From the sequence record NC_048668.1: a stretch of 64,000 nucleotides of DNA. One strand, written 5' to 3'. Both the position numbers and the translations under genes were made by a program. Below the pieces are notes generated by a model. It saw only the letters and a program-made list of their open reading frames with translations. It did no database searches and was not told the DNA's origin. Positions 30,536 through 40,458 of this stretch are shown in pieces. Position 1 is the stretch's first letter, and each line of letters begins with the position of its first letter.

Positions 30536-33500
30536 ATGAGTAACATTACTTATCCCGAACTCTATCAACGATTCGGTATACGTTCTACTTCGGGGTTAAC
30601 TACCCCGAAACTGTTTAATCTGGAGAACTTCAAACTCCCTCGTGGAGCGATCGTTCACTACCTGCCTCAGTCGGTTTCCGATTTAGGCCCGGACGATCAG
30701 TTCTTCCCGATTATCAATGAACGTCTTCGTCCCTACGTAGACCAGGTTACCGATATGACCTCCCATGAAGGAGCTCCTCGACGTCGTGGTGCCTTTAACG
30801 TAGAGAACCTGAAGCGCCAGTGGCTGATTCGTAATCGTCGCTACAGACGCGTTACAGACATCGCCAGAGCGTTAGACGATCGTCAAACTGCAATCGTTGT
30901 TAACTACGCTTTGATCCCGATGCAATGGAAATACCAACCGGTCCCAATGGCCCGCTGGTTCCGTTTCCAAAACCTGATGAAGACGTTCGCTGACCGTGTC
31001 AAATATTTCGGTGAACAGTCTAGCCGTCCCCAGTTCCTCTTCCTTACTCTGCCGGATGTATTACCGTCACGTCAATACCTGAACGTATCGGTTGAGGCCT
31101 ACGATGTAATTCAGGATGCCCGTCAGGCTCAGCAAAGTAATCTGCAGAGCCAACAAGGCGATACTATCGCACGGTACTACGATAACCTCTATCCGGGTAT
31201 CATGACTGGCCAGGGTACTGCGTTCTCTAACGAGGCGTTTGATGCCAGTGCGTTAGGTTGGGGCGATGAACCTGCGTTCGAATCCTTCGATGAATCTTCA
31301 CTCTCAATGGGTGATGATGATCCGATCGTAGCCGTTGAGTCGATGAACCGTATTCGCCTGGGTTACTTCCAAGATGACGCGTCTCTGTTCCTTTCTGATC
31401 TTTGGAAGTGGATGTCAGAGAACCGCGATGAATCCATCCTGGGTTCCATCCCAAGTAATGCATTGAAGAACCTTAACCTGGTTGTCATGCGTAACGGTAA
31501 GTTCAGTCTGCTCTCCTTTGATAAACTCGACCAATGGGTTAAGTCTGAAGAGAACGAACGTGGTATCGGTTTCGGTTCAATGTCTCAGACGATGGATCGC
31601 TACTTGCAGAACATCGTAACGACGACTTCGGTATCCGACAAAATCACCGTTGAAGAAGAAGTTGCAGAAACCGGTGAAACGGAAGTCAGCGACATCAAAG
31701 TCCCTGAACCACAACCAGGCGACCCGGATGTAGATGTCAGCGTTGGTGACAAAGGCGAAAGTGACATCGCACGTCTTCGTCGTAGTGCTCAGCGTGTAAC
31801 TAAAACTCCTCGTGAGATTTTGGCAACTAAGCGCAGTGAAACGCCAATTCAAAATACCGACGTCACGGCGACCACAAGTTTCCAACCCGAGGAAACGACT
31901 GTTGTAGTAGACAAGCCTACTCCGGGTAAATCGGAAGAGGAAGTCATCGATACCAACAACCCGTTGATCAAACCGGTTGAAAAACGTTCCCGTGATCTCC
32001 TGAGTAAAGGACTTATCTCGGGTAACGAGTTTAAACGTCACGTACGCCTCGCTAACAGCTTCAAGAGTATCAAAGCACCATTCGGTGAAGGTACACTGGA
32101 AGACTTCATGAAGATCCCTCACGAGCAACTGTGGGACTTTAAAGCGAAAGAGATTCCGGACATCCCTCACGTGGTCGATAAGACCATGTTGAAGTCTACC
32201 TTACTGAACTACGACCAAGATTACATCAGTAATGTCTTCCAGAAAGATGTTGCAAACATGGTCGTCAGTTTACAGAAGGCAGGTCTGGCAATTACGGATT
32301 ATCGCGTCGAGAAGAAATCCGATGCGTTGAACGACCTCTACGACTACACGATTAAAGTCGTGCCGGTCTATGGTAGTCCTTCTACTATCCGCTTCCAATT
32401 ACCGGCAGTGGATAAGAATGGTAAGTATCGCGTGAATGGCACTAAGTACTTCATGCGTAAACTTAAGTTCGATAAACCAATCCGTAAGATCTCTCCGAGC
32501 ATCGTGGCGTTGTCTACGTACTACGGTAAACTCTTCGTTGAGCGCTCTTCGCGCGCAAGTGAAGATTTGGGCCATGTCCTCGTTGACCTGATCGAAAGGT
32601 CTAGTCAGCTCGACGTCCCTACCGTTACCGATTTGGTACTGGGCAATACATTCACGGAAGATCAGGACGTACCGCGCGAATATTCCGCATTGGCAAAAGA
32701 GTTCGTCTCCTTTGTACTGAATGGAATCCTGTTTACATTCGACTACCCTAACCTGGCGAATAACTACACGGAAGACGTCGTAGTGGCAGCTAAGGCGAAG
32801 GGCTGGGTTCCAGTTGGTCGCAAAGGTAAAGAGTTCATCTTCATGAATAATGAAGGTAAGCTCGTCGACGCTAAAGGTAATGTGTTAGGTTCTATCAACG
32901 AGATGTTGGGATTACCTGATGAGAAACTTCCGGTTGAGCAAGTGATCGTTAAGATCATGGGCGAAGAGATTCCGATGGCTGCGATCCTCATGTATCACAT
33001 GGGCATCACTAAGTTGATGAACACTCTCCCAGTAAAACCAGAGCGTCGTGTTAAAGGCACTCGCGTCGAGCCTGTCCCAGGTACGTTCGAGTTAGTCTTT
33101 GCTGATGAAGTTTGGCGCTTCCCTGTCCACGGTGGTAATAGTAGTCTGATTTGGGCTTCCCTCCAACGTTGGAAGAAATACCTCCGTAGCTTCTCTGTAC
33201 AAGAGCTGGACAATCCGGACACCTTTAACCTGCTGTTCGGTATGGCTAACCTGAGTGCGCGTTACGTGCGTGAGATCGACAACATCAATGCGTTGTTCTT
33301 AGATCCTATCGCTATTGACGTACTGCGCGATATGAAAGAACCGACCGAGTTGAACGACCTGTTCATCAAGGCAGCTTTCTATCTGGTGACCGATAACTAT
33401 CCGAGTGATATTTCCTCAGACGGTTCTCTGTTCCGTGGTTACGAACGTATGCCTGGCGAAGTCTACCGTACTTTGTCCAACGCGTATCGTTCTTACGCCA

Positions 33501-33895
33501 GTCAGCCTGTTAGTTCCCGTGCAACTATCGATATCCCGCCGTTTGAAGTATTGGCGGCAATCCAACGTGACCCATCCGTCGCCATCGTTGAGGATTCTAA
33601 CCCAATCCACAACCTTAAAGAGAAAGAGAACGTAACTTACTCTGGTACAGGCGGTCGGTCTAAACGTGCAATGGTTCGTCGTACTCGTGCGTTCCATAAA
33701 TCAGATATCGGTATTCGTGCAGAGGCATCGGTGGATAACGGTGACGTAGGGATTAACACATTCCTTACTGCTAACCCTAACCTGACCTCGCTTCGTGGTA
33801 CAGCAGTTCCAACTGTTGATCCGGATCCGAAGAACGGTGTCGGTAACCTTCTGAGTACGTCAGCGCTCGTAGCTCCATTTGCGACTTACGATGAT
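30536..33895 (+). CDS. Virion RNA polymerase beta-like subunit (phiKZ gp178-like), exon 1
   Basis: GGRS...R, EASVDNGDVG and PFATYDD motifs. Ends at the in-frame TAA that begins the intron. Track start is GTG at 30524. Confidence 0.9.
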
Positions 33896-33919
33896 TAATG
33901 TAATTGAACTGTAATGAAT

Positions 33920-33960
33920 TTAACACTCCTTAATATGAGAAGTACTTAAGGAGCGGTTAA
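33920..33960 (+). promoter_or_regulatory. RBS-sequestering hairpin with a TATG late-promoter core in its loop
   Basis: CTCCTTAA 33926-33933 pairs with TTAAGGAG 33946-33953, which contains the SD. TATG lies at 33934-33937. Confidence 0.75.
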
Positions 33961-33961
33961 G

Positions 33962-34948
33962 ATGCCGATAGAATCAATTCAGTTTCCTGGATTTTACGAG
34001 ATACCCGGATTCGACCGGTACGTGATTTCCAAAGAGGGTAGAGTAGTCAATAAATTAACTGGTACCGAACTGAACGGTAGCGTGAACGAAGCCGGATACC
34101 TCCATTTTCGACTTACACGCGCTGCTCAGGACGCGTTAACGATAGGTAGACATCGATTGATGGGTATTGTCTTTAAAGACCCAGGGATCCCTGTAGACGA
34201 TTTGGTGATTAATCACCTTAACGGCATAAAGGGAGATGACTTCCTAGATAACCTGGAATGGGAAACCTACCAAGGCAACGCTGAACATGCCGGTGAAATG
34301 GGGTTGACTAGTAAATGTTTACCAATCTCTGTGCGAGACTATGAAACGGGAGAAGTTAGAAATTACCCGAGCTTTATAGCCTACGCCAGAGAGTCTGGGA
34401 TGACTAAGGATGCAGTTAGTCGTAGAGTGGCAATTGGGGAGAGACGTTTGTTCCCTGAATTGAAACAATACCGACTAGCATCTGTAACAACCCCTTGGTA
34501 CGCTATCCGAAATAAGGAAGCTGCTCTTAATGAGAACGGTACGGAAAAGAGCGTTGACGTGAGAGAGCTGATCAGCGGAAAGGTAACAACCTTCCCAAAA
34601 GCATCATTGGTCGCAATCCACTTTAAAGTTTCGCCCGCCACTGTTACTCTCTGGTTGAAACAAGAAAACCAACCAGTCTTACCAGGTATGATTCAGATAA
34701 AATTCTCTGATGATGAAACTCCCTGGAGAGAAGTAATTGATCCGTGGAAATCCTTAGAGGAATACACGAAGAATCGCGTCATAGTCGTCACCAATGTCGG
34801 AACCGGCGAAAAGGTATTTTATCCATCCGGCAAAGATTGCGCAACCAAACGAAACATTAAACCAACCACGCTACACATGCGGTTGAAATCCCCTAAAGGG
34901 AAAGTGTTCTCCGATGGCTGTCGATACGACTATTATTCAGAAATTTAA
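33962..34948 (+). CDS. Intron-encoded NUMOD4-HNH homing endonuclease with C-terminal NUMOD1-like repeats
   Basis: IPGFDRYVISKEGRV, GYL, HRL, INHLNGIKGDDFLDNLEW, then three repeats of the type V.D..TGE...(Y/F)PS. Confidence 0.92.
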   Translation: MPIESIQFPGFYEIPGFDRYVISKEGRVVNKLTGTELNGSVNEAGYLHFRLTRAAQDALTIGRHRLMGIVFKDPGIPVDDLVINHLNGIKGDDFLDNLEWETYQGNAEHAGEMGLTSKCLPISVRDYETGEVRNYPSFIAYARESGMTKDAVSRRVAIGERRLFPELKQYRLASVTTPWYAIRNKEAALNENGTEKSVDVRELISGKVTTFPKASLVAIHFKVSPATVTLWLKQENQPVLPGMIQIKFSDDETPWREVIDPWKSLEEYTKNRVIVVTNVGTGEKVFYPSGKDCATKRNIKPTTLHMRLKSPKGKVFSDGCRYDYYSEI

Positions 34949-35266
34949 TTACCAGGTCACTTCTGAGAGTAATCTCAGTCGATAACTCCTTTAATTGCTG
35001 GAACCCCCTTAGAGCTTAATCAACTACAACGTAGATCGAAAGATCAAGCGTGAATGTTTGAAAATGATTAAGATTGGGCAATCAGCAGCGAAGCTCCTGT
35101 AAAATGGAGAACGTTCAACGACTATCGCCGTCGGGCGAGTAGGGTTCAAGTGAACTCGAAACGGGGAGCCCCTTTAATTAGGGTGAAGATATAGTCTCGA
35201 CATCTGAGGAAAGCTCAGAGCTGCAAAGGCAGGCTTAGGAGTAACGAACCTAAGTGAAGATTTTCG

Positions 35267-36418
35267 CCAAAACGAGTAAGTTTCATCTCTATTCAGCAAT
35301 CCCACGTTATCGCTTCTAGTGACGCAATGGTTTCTCCTATCCGTACTGGGTACGAGCAAGTCATGGCTCACCGTGTTGACGATACATTCGCTACCGCGGC
35401 TAAAGGCCCAGGGGTGGTGACAGAGAAAGGCCCTAACTACATGGTCGTAAAATACGACGATGAGAAATTAGGTGAGGAGCGTATCCAATTAGGTCGTCGC
35501 TTCGGTGTGGTAACTGGTCACGTTGTTCCACACGCCGTAGTATCTGAACTGGAAGTGGGTAAGCGAGTAGTAGAAGGTGAGATCGTAAGTTACCATCCTG
35601 GGTTCTTCCAGCGCGACTGGCGTGACCCGACTCAGGTGCTGTGGAAGTCAGGTACTCTGGCCAACATCGCACTGATGGAAAACAACTCGACCTTTGAGGA
35701 TGCGAGTTTGATCTCCGAATCACTCTCTAAACGTCTGCACACGCCGACTAGCCATACGCGTACTATCTTGGTTAACTTTAACCAGGGTATTCGTAATCTG
35801 GTAGCGGTTGGCGAACATGTAGATAATGAAACGGTTCTCGGCTACATTGAGGATGAGGTTTCTTCTGCGAGTGATTTGTTCGACGAGTCCACTTTGGAAG
35901 CATTGAAACGTTTGGGTTCTCCAGCTCCGCGTGCTAAGTATGTAGGAGATATCGAGAAAATCGAGGTAATCTATTTCGGTGAGAAGGAAGACATGTCTCC
36001 TTCATTACGGAAAATTGCGGATTACTACGATAACCAACGCGCCAAGCTTTCTAAGGCTTTGGGTGGTACAGAAGCGAAGACTGGGCAGATTTTCACGCCT
36101 ACGCGATTGGACGGTCTCTCTATTGAGATTGATATGATGGCGATTCGTATCTACATTACCCATGACCGCTCTATGGGTGACGGGGACAAGATCGTGGTGG
36201 GTAACCAGAAAAAGTCCGTGGTGTCTGGAGTGTTCACTGGTAAGTGCCGTACTGTCGGCCCAGTGATTCCTGGCGATAAACCATGGGACGTAGATCTCCA
36301 GTTCTCGTACAAGTCTGTAAACGCACGTATCGTAAACTCCGCGATGATGTCGGGGATGGTTAACATCCTTCTCCAGCACATTGCCACTGCGATGCTGAAC
36401 GCTTACAACGAAGAGTAG
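35267..36418 (+). CDS. Virion RNA polymerase beta-like subunit, exon 2
   Basis: In frame with track ORF 35327-36418 (60 nt upstream). PKRVSFISIQQSH, TFEDAS and GDGDKIVVGNQKKSV beta motifs. Confidence 0.9.
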   Translation, partial: PKRVSFISIQQSHVIASSDAMVSPIRTGYEQVMAHRVDDTFATAAKGPGVVTEKGPNYMVVKYDDEKLGEERIQLGRRFGVVTGHVVPHAVVSELEVGKRVVEGEIVSYHPGFFQRDWRDPTQVLWKSGTLANIALMENNSTFEDASLISESLSKRLHTPTSHTRTILVNFNQGIRNLVAVGEHVDNETVLGYIEDEVSSASDLFDESTLEALKRLGSPAPRAKYVGDIEKIEVIYFGEKEDMSPSLRKIADYYDNQRAKLSKALGGTEAKTGQIFTPTRLDGLSIEIDMMAIRIYITHDRSMGDGDKIVVGNQKKSVVSGVFTGKCRTVGPVIPGDKPWDVDLQFSYKSVNARIVNSAMMSGMVNILLQHIATAMLNAYNEE

Positions 36419-36434
36419 TCAGTAGTTACGTAGC

Positions 36435-36470
36435 CGCTGGGTAGGGGCCCCTACCCAGCTTACTTTTTGA
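36435..36470 (+). terminator. Rho-independent terminator
   Basis: GCTGGGTAGGG-g-CCCCTACCCAGC-type stem followed by TTACTTTTT. Confidence 0.75.
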
Positions 36471-36486
36471 TGGAAGGTTTCAAAAC

Positions 36487-36672
36487 ATGAACGACAATCA
36501 GGCAGTTACCGTCCTGTCATTGGCGAATATCCTCGAGGCTGGGAAACGTGTACTGAAGAACGCGAAAAGCGAAGACTTCATTATCCCAGAAGGCGCTAAC
36601 GTTGAGGAAGACTTGGCCGCTGCAATTGCTAGCGAAGTCCGTAATCAGAAAATTGACCAGGGGATTGCGTAA
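36487..36672 (+). CDS. Small hypothetical protein
   Basis: 61 aa, GGAAGG SD, stop overlaps the next ATG. Confidence 0.65.
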   Translation: MNDNQAVTVLSLANILEAGKRVLKNAKSEDFIIPEGANVEEDLAAAIASEVRNQKIDQGIA

Positions 36673-38153
36673 TGCTCAGTAATAAATCAGTAGAACTGGC
36701 TCAGATGATTGTAAGCAACGAATGTGCTTGCGTAACTCCTCGCCCGAACTCTATCCTGGAAGAAGCTGTCGTTAACTCGGCACCTGTTCTTCAGACCGAA
36801 GGCCCTTCGCTGGAATCCTTCGCCCAAGAAATGATCGTTGCCTCAGCTCGTGAAGCTGACGGGTTCGATCTCCACGACGCAGCAATCTCTGACGTCGTTG
36901 CTACCGTCGGCCCCGCTCTGGTTCGTCAGATCAAATATGTACGTGACGTTGTCGTCCCGTTCATTACTGAAACCTCTGCGACCCTGATGGATAAAGTTCA
37001 GGAATCTGAACCGCTGGAATACGAAATTGTTCCTGTCGGTATCGGTGACCTGAGCACCCTGCCAGTAGTTGCCGAACTGTTCGGTAAAATGAACAGTAAC
37101 GTACCTTTTGCTCGTCTGATCAAAGACGCTCCGGCTAAGACCGATGCAGAGCTCATCAATGCCCTGCGTACCGGTTTGCCTGAGCTGGACGATGCAATGG
37201 CAGCCACCATCGCTAAATACGGCCACAGCCGCATTGTGGAAATGTACGAAGCCTTCTTCCGTGGTACCTTTAACCAGGCCAATGACGAAGTATCTCGCGG
37301 CATCTACAACATGATCGTCAAGTCTGGCGACGGCTATCGTTTCTCTCTGGTTAACCCAGGTATCGTTGACCTGGCCATCGTTGGGTATTTCCTGATCGAT
37401 AGCTTCATGGACAACGTAATCCCAGGCACCGGTATGTCGCTGGATCAGTACAAAGGCGTTATCCAGGGGATGAAACTCTCCATGGGCCAACAGATCCAAA
37501 ACCTGATCCGTAACTTCACTGACGACATTAAACGTCAGCGTCTGATCATCCGTTGGGCAGACCAGCGTGGTATCGTTACTGATGCGAGCAAAGCGCGTAT
37601 CCTGGTTAACGAAATCGTTTACACCAATGCTCTGGCTCAGAACGTTACCCCTGAGGTCATCATTGGCGGCATGATGGATCCTCGCGGTGCTAAGATGGAC
37701 TTGCAGTCCTTCATCACCAACGCACGTTTCTATCAAGGCCTGTGGGAACAACTGGATAAGTCTCGCAACGACTTCGTTGAGAAAGGCTTCCAGCTGCGCC
37801 TGAAAAACATCATCGCCCCGGTTATCGAACAGAAACTCCAAGCGCTGCCGAACGATTATCTGCCAGACGGCTACGATCGTACTGCCCGCGTTAAAGCTAT
37901 CCTCGATAACCTGAACGCAAGTGGCCTGAACGCTTATGGCGATTGGGACATGGACGGCGTACCTAACCTGTTCTACCTGGTTAAGAACATCGCCACCACC
38001 GGTATCTTTAACTTCATCGATACCCGTTCCATCATCGATATCATCGAACGCGATATCGAAGAGGGCGAAGAAAAGCCGGAGTACGCAGCTTATCGTGCAG
38101 CTGTTATCTACCTGGCTAAATGGCTGGTATCCCAGTTCGACGTCACCGCGTAA
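36672..38153 (+). CDS. Virion/head protein (phiKZ gp177-like by position)
   Basis: 493 aa, strongly biased codon usage, S-L-E motif near the N-terminus. Confidence 0.7.
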   Translation: MLSNKSVELAQMIVSNECACVTPRPNSILEEAVVNSAPVLQTEGPSLESFAQEMIVASAREADGFDLHDAAISDVVATVGPALVRQIKYVRDVVVPFITETSATLMDKVQESEPLEYEIVPVGIGDLSTLPVVAELFGKMNSNVPFARLIKDAPAKTDAELINALRTGLPELDDAMAATIAKYGHSRIVEMYEAFFRGTFNQANDEVSRGIYNMIVKSGDGYRFSLVNPGIVDLAIVGYFLIDSFMDNVIPGTGMSLDQYKGVIQGMKLSMGQQIQNLIRNFTDDIKRQRLIIRWADQRGIVTDASKARILVNEIVYTNALAQNVTPEVIIGGMMDPRGAKMDLQSFITNARFYQGLWEQLDKSRNDFVEKGFQLRLKNIIAPVIEQKLQALPNDYLPDGYDRTARVKAILDNLNASGLNAYGDWDMDGVPNLFYLVKNIATTGIFNFIDTRSIIDIIERDIEEGEEKPEYAAYRAAVIYLAKWLVSQFDVTA

Positions 38154-38162
38154 GGAGAGCCA

Positions 38163-38888
38163 ATGGATATCTCTGCATTAAAGCGTAATGCAGATGCTGT
38201 CAAGGCTACACTCGAAGAAACTAAACAAGGCAGCCTGGTCACTAAGACCGGCTGCCGTATTCAGATTCAAGAGTCGTTTCGTTCTAAGAAGCTGATTTCC
38301 ATGGGCATCGAAACCCTGATCGTTGGCTTCTTTACAATGATTAACCCGGACGGCAGTTACGCAGTTACGACTACTCCAAGTATGTTCCGTACCAAACCTG
38401 CTTCGATCAAGACAGTTGAGATCAAAGGCGTTTCTTACTACGAGCTGACCTACAAGCCTGGACAAACTGTCTTCGCTTCCTTGGATCTGCTGAAAGACAA
38501 CACCTTGCTGTATTACCTGTTCGAAGAAGTATTGGCGCGTGGACGTATCCCTTGGTTTATGTCGTACACCGACCTCTCCAACTTCTTTACCCTGTCCCCG
38601 TACTATACCGGGACGCATCTGGTGGCCACACCGTCTATCGGTGAAATGATCGTAGCGCAGATCGCCCGCCAGGACAGTAACCGTCGTTTACCTTTGCGTC
38701 AAAGCGTGAAGAAGTATTCTGACGTCTACACGATTCCTTATTCATGGATTCCATTGCGTAACGTAGTGGATGGTTCTACGGATACCACGACCAAGATCTC
38801 CGGTAGCTATACCGCAGATGGTCTGGATTCGGCGATTGTTAACCCTAACACGGTAATTCAACCGATCGAAGCGATCCTGAGGACGTAA
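38163..38888 (+). CDS. Conserved jumbo-phage protein (phiKZ gp176-like by position)
   Basis: 241 aa, AAGGAG SD, between the gp177-like gene and the protease. Confidence 0.65.
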   Translation: MDISALKRNADAVKATLEETKQGSLVTKTGCRIQIQESFRSKKLISMGIETLIVGFFTMINPDGSYAVTTTPSMFRTKPASIKTVEIKGVSYYELTYKPGQTVFASLDLLKDNTLLYYLFEEVLARGRIPWFMSYTDLSNFFTLSPYYTGTHLVATPSIGEMIVAQIARQDSNRRLPLRQSVKKYSDVYTIPYSWIPLRNVVDGSTDTTTKISGSYTADGLDSAIVNPNTVIQPIEAILRT

Positions 38889-38890
38889 CC

Positions 38891-39605
38891 ATGGACATCG
38901 AACTCGGGTTAATGGAGTACTTACTTAAGTTTCCTCCGTATGTCATTGAAGGTCTGGAGATTGACAAGTCGAATCCGGTCTTGCTCCACATCTCCCCAAA
39001 CCCGAATATTCGAGAGTTCGTTCCTCGTCCAATTCAGCGGACGATGAAAGGAGAAGATGAATACGTCCCTCGTGTTTGCACGGGGGTCGGTTTACTGGAT
39101 TGCCTACGCGGCTATGCCGTAGCGATTAACGACTTCCTTAAAAAAGAAGCCACTTGTGCAGGTGACGATGATTGGCTAGGTGGTTACACCATTTACCGCC
39201 ATCCCTAACGAGGTCGCTTTAAAGCCTAGTCCGCGTATGGCTCCTATCTCGAAGTGGTGTGAGGAAAGGTGGTTGGTTCCTTACGAGGGTCCTAACCAGC
39301 CGTATATCCCTGAAGTCGTAGGGAAGTTCTTTATCAACGATGTTAAGTTGGAAGAGGACAGAACTATCGTAACCGAGTTATTCTTACACGTCGAAAAGGA
39401 ACCGATGATCTTTGATCGTCATCTGACGTTATTTCCCGGTTATTGGAGAATCGTTATCCCTCACCTTAACTCGTATTTCGAGGAGAGGTTTAAACGTGCT
39501 GACGTCGAAGTCAGTAAGTTGGATTCTAAAGAATTCACTGTCTCCAAGCAGAGCAAGGCGCATTTACTTTCCTATGACGTTAATTCATTTATAAAGCGCT
39601 GGTGA
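38891..39605 (+). CDS. Hypothetical protein (joined across a +1 frameshift at about 39196)
   Basis: Joins as GGYTIYAIPNEVALKP after removing one C. Contains LLHIS..F.PR..ED..PRVC. Confidence 0.7.
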
Positions 39606-39612
39606 AGAAATC

Positions 39613-40362
39613 ATGGGATCTGTATTTGAAGTAACTGCCTTGAAAGGGGTAAACAAGGTAGGGGAGATCAAGCGCCTGGATAATAACTATCTCGAAGTTA
39701 TTCTGGGTGCTCTGGAGTTCCCCAACAGTATTGGCGCAGTCTACGACATGGATCGTGCTATGCGGTTCTTCGAACCAGGTAGTATTTTCCAGCGCCGTAT
39801 CATACAGGGTTTTCTTCGTGGTGAATTAGGTCACCCGAAAGAATATAACTGCCGCGACTACCGTCAGTATGTGGAACGCATCCACACCATTGACGAAGGT
39901 AACTGGGCTATCCATATTCGTAAAGTAACTATCGTTCCTGGCTATCGTTTACCGAACGGTCAGGTTGTTACTGCGATTATCGGTGAAGTCTGCCCGACGG
40001 GCGTACATGCACCGGTTGTTGAACGTATCCTGGCTAACCCAGATGAGAATCTGGCATTCAGTATTCGTTCGATGGCCACTGACCGTATCGTAGGCGGTAA
40101 GCGCCGTAAGTATCTGGACAACGTGATTACGTTTGACGTGGTTAACGAACCAGGTATCTCGATCGCTACCAAATACAATGCCCCTGCATGTGAATCCATG
40201 GACCTGGCAGCAGTGTTCCCTGAGATTATTCGTAGCATGGTTAATGACACTGAGAAAGAAGTTGCTCTGGAAAGTTCTTTGGGACAGACCGTTGAAGCTA
40301 TCCGTGCCATTGATCGCCGCGAATACGTGCGCAATCATTCGAGTGCCATTACTCGTTGGTAA
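39613..40362 (+). CDS. Prohead maturation protease (phiKZ gp175-like)
   Basis: Catalytic His in LRGELGHP and Ser in AFSIRS, TFDVVNEPG motif, C-terminal A-C-E and A-L-E self-cleavage candidates. Confidence 0.9.
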   Translation: MGSVFEVTALKGVNKVGEIKRLDNNYLEVILGALEFPNSIGAVYDMDRAMRFFEPGSIFQRRIIQGFLRGELGHPKEYNCRDYRQYVERIHTIDEGNWAIHIRKVTIVPGYRLPNGQVVTAIIGEVCPTGVHAPVVERILANPDENLAFSIRSMATDRIVGGKRRKYLDNVITFDVVNEPGISIATKYNAPACESMDLAAVFPEIIRSMVNDTEKEVALESSLGQTVEAIRAIDRREYVRNHSSAITRW

Positions 40363-40372
40363 AGCAAAATAG

Positions 40373-40410
40373 GGAGAGAGGCGTTTGCCTCTCTCTTTTT
40401 GTTTGTTGTT
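40373..40410 (+). terminator. Rho-independent terminator
   Basis: GAGAGAGGC-gttt-GCCTCTCTC followed by TTTTTGTTT. Confidence 0.8.
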
Positions 40411-40458
40411 TCGGCAAATTATATAGAGCCTCGCGCCTATCAATAAAGGAACCTTTAC

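Larger units (their letters stand above)
33896..35266 (+). mobile_element. Group I self-splicing intron (IA2-like) carrying a homing endonuclease
   Basis: Exon ends in U, intron starts TAA and ends in G. P AATTGCTGGAAC 34993-35004, Q AATCAGCAGCG 35080-35090, R GTTCAACGACTA 35113-35124, S AAGATATAGTC 35186-35196. P7 GACTA/TAGTC plus P7.1, P7.2, P8 and P9 hairpins. Splicing restores ...FATYDD-PKRVSFISIQQSH in frame. Confidence 0.93.

Noticed and set aside
33886-33914. Local pairing TTACG/TGTAA as the intron P1
   Set aside because: It does not place the exon-terminal U opposite a G. The distal GTCA guide plus the 9-bp long-range stem fits better.
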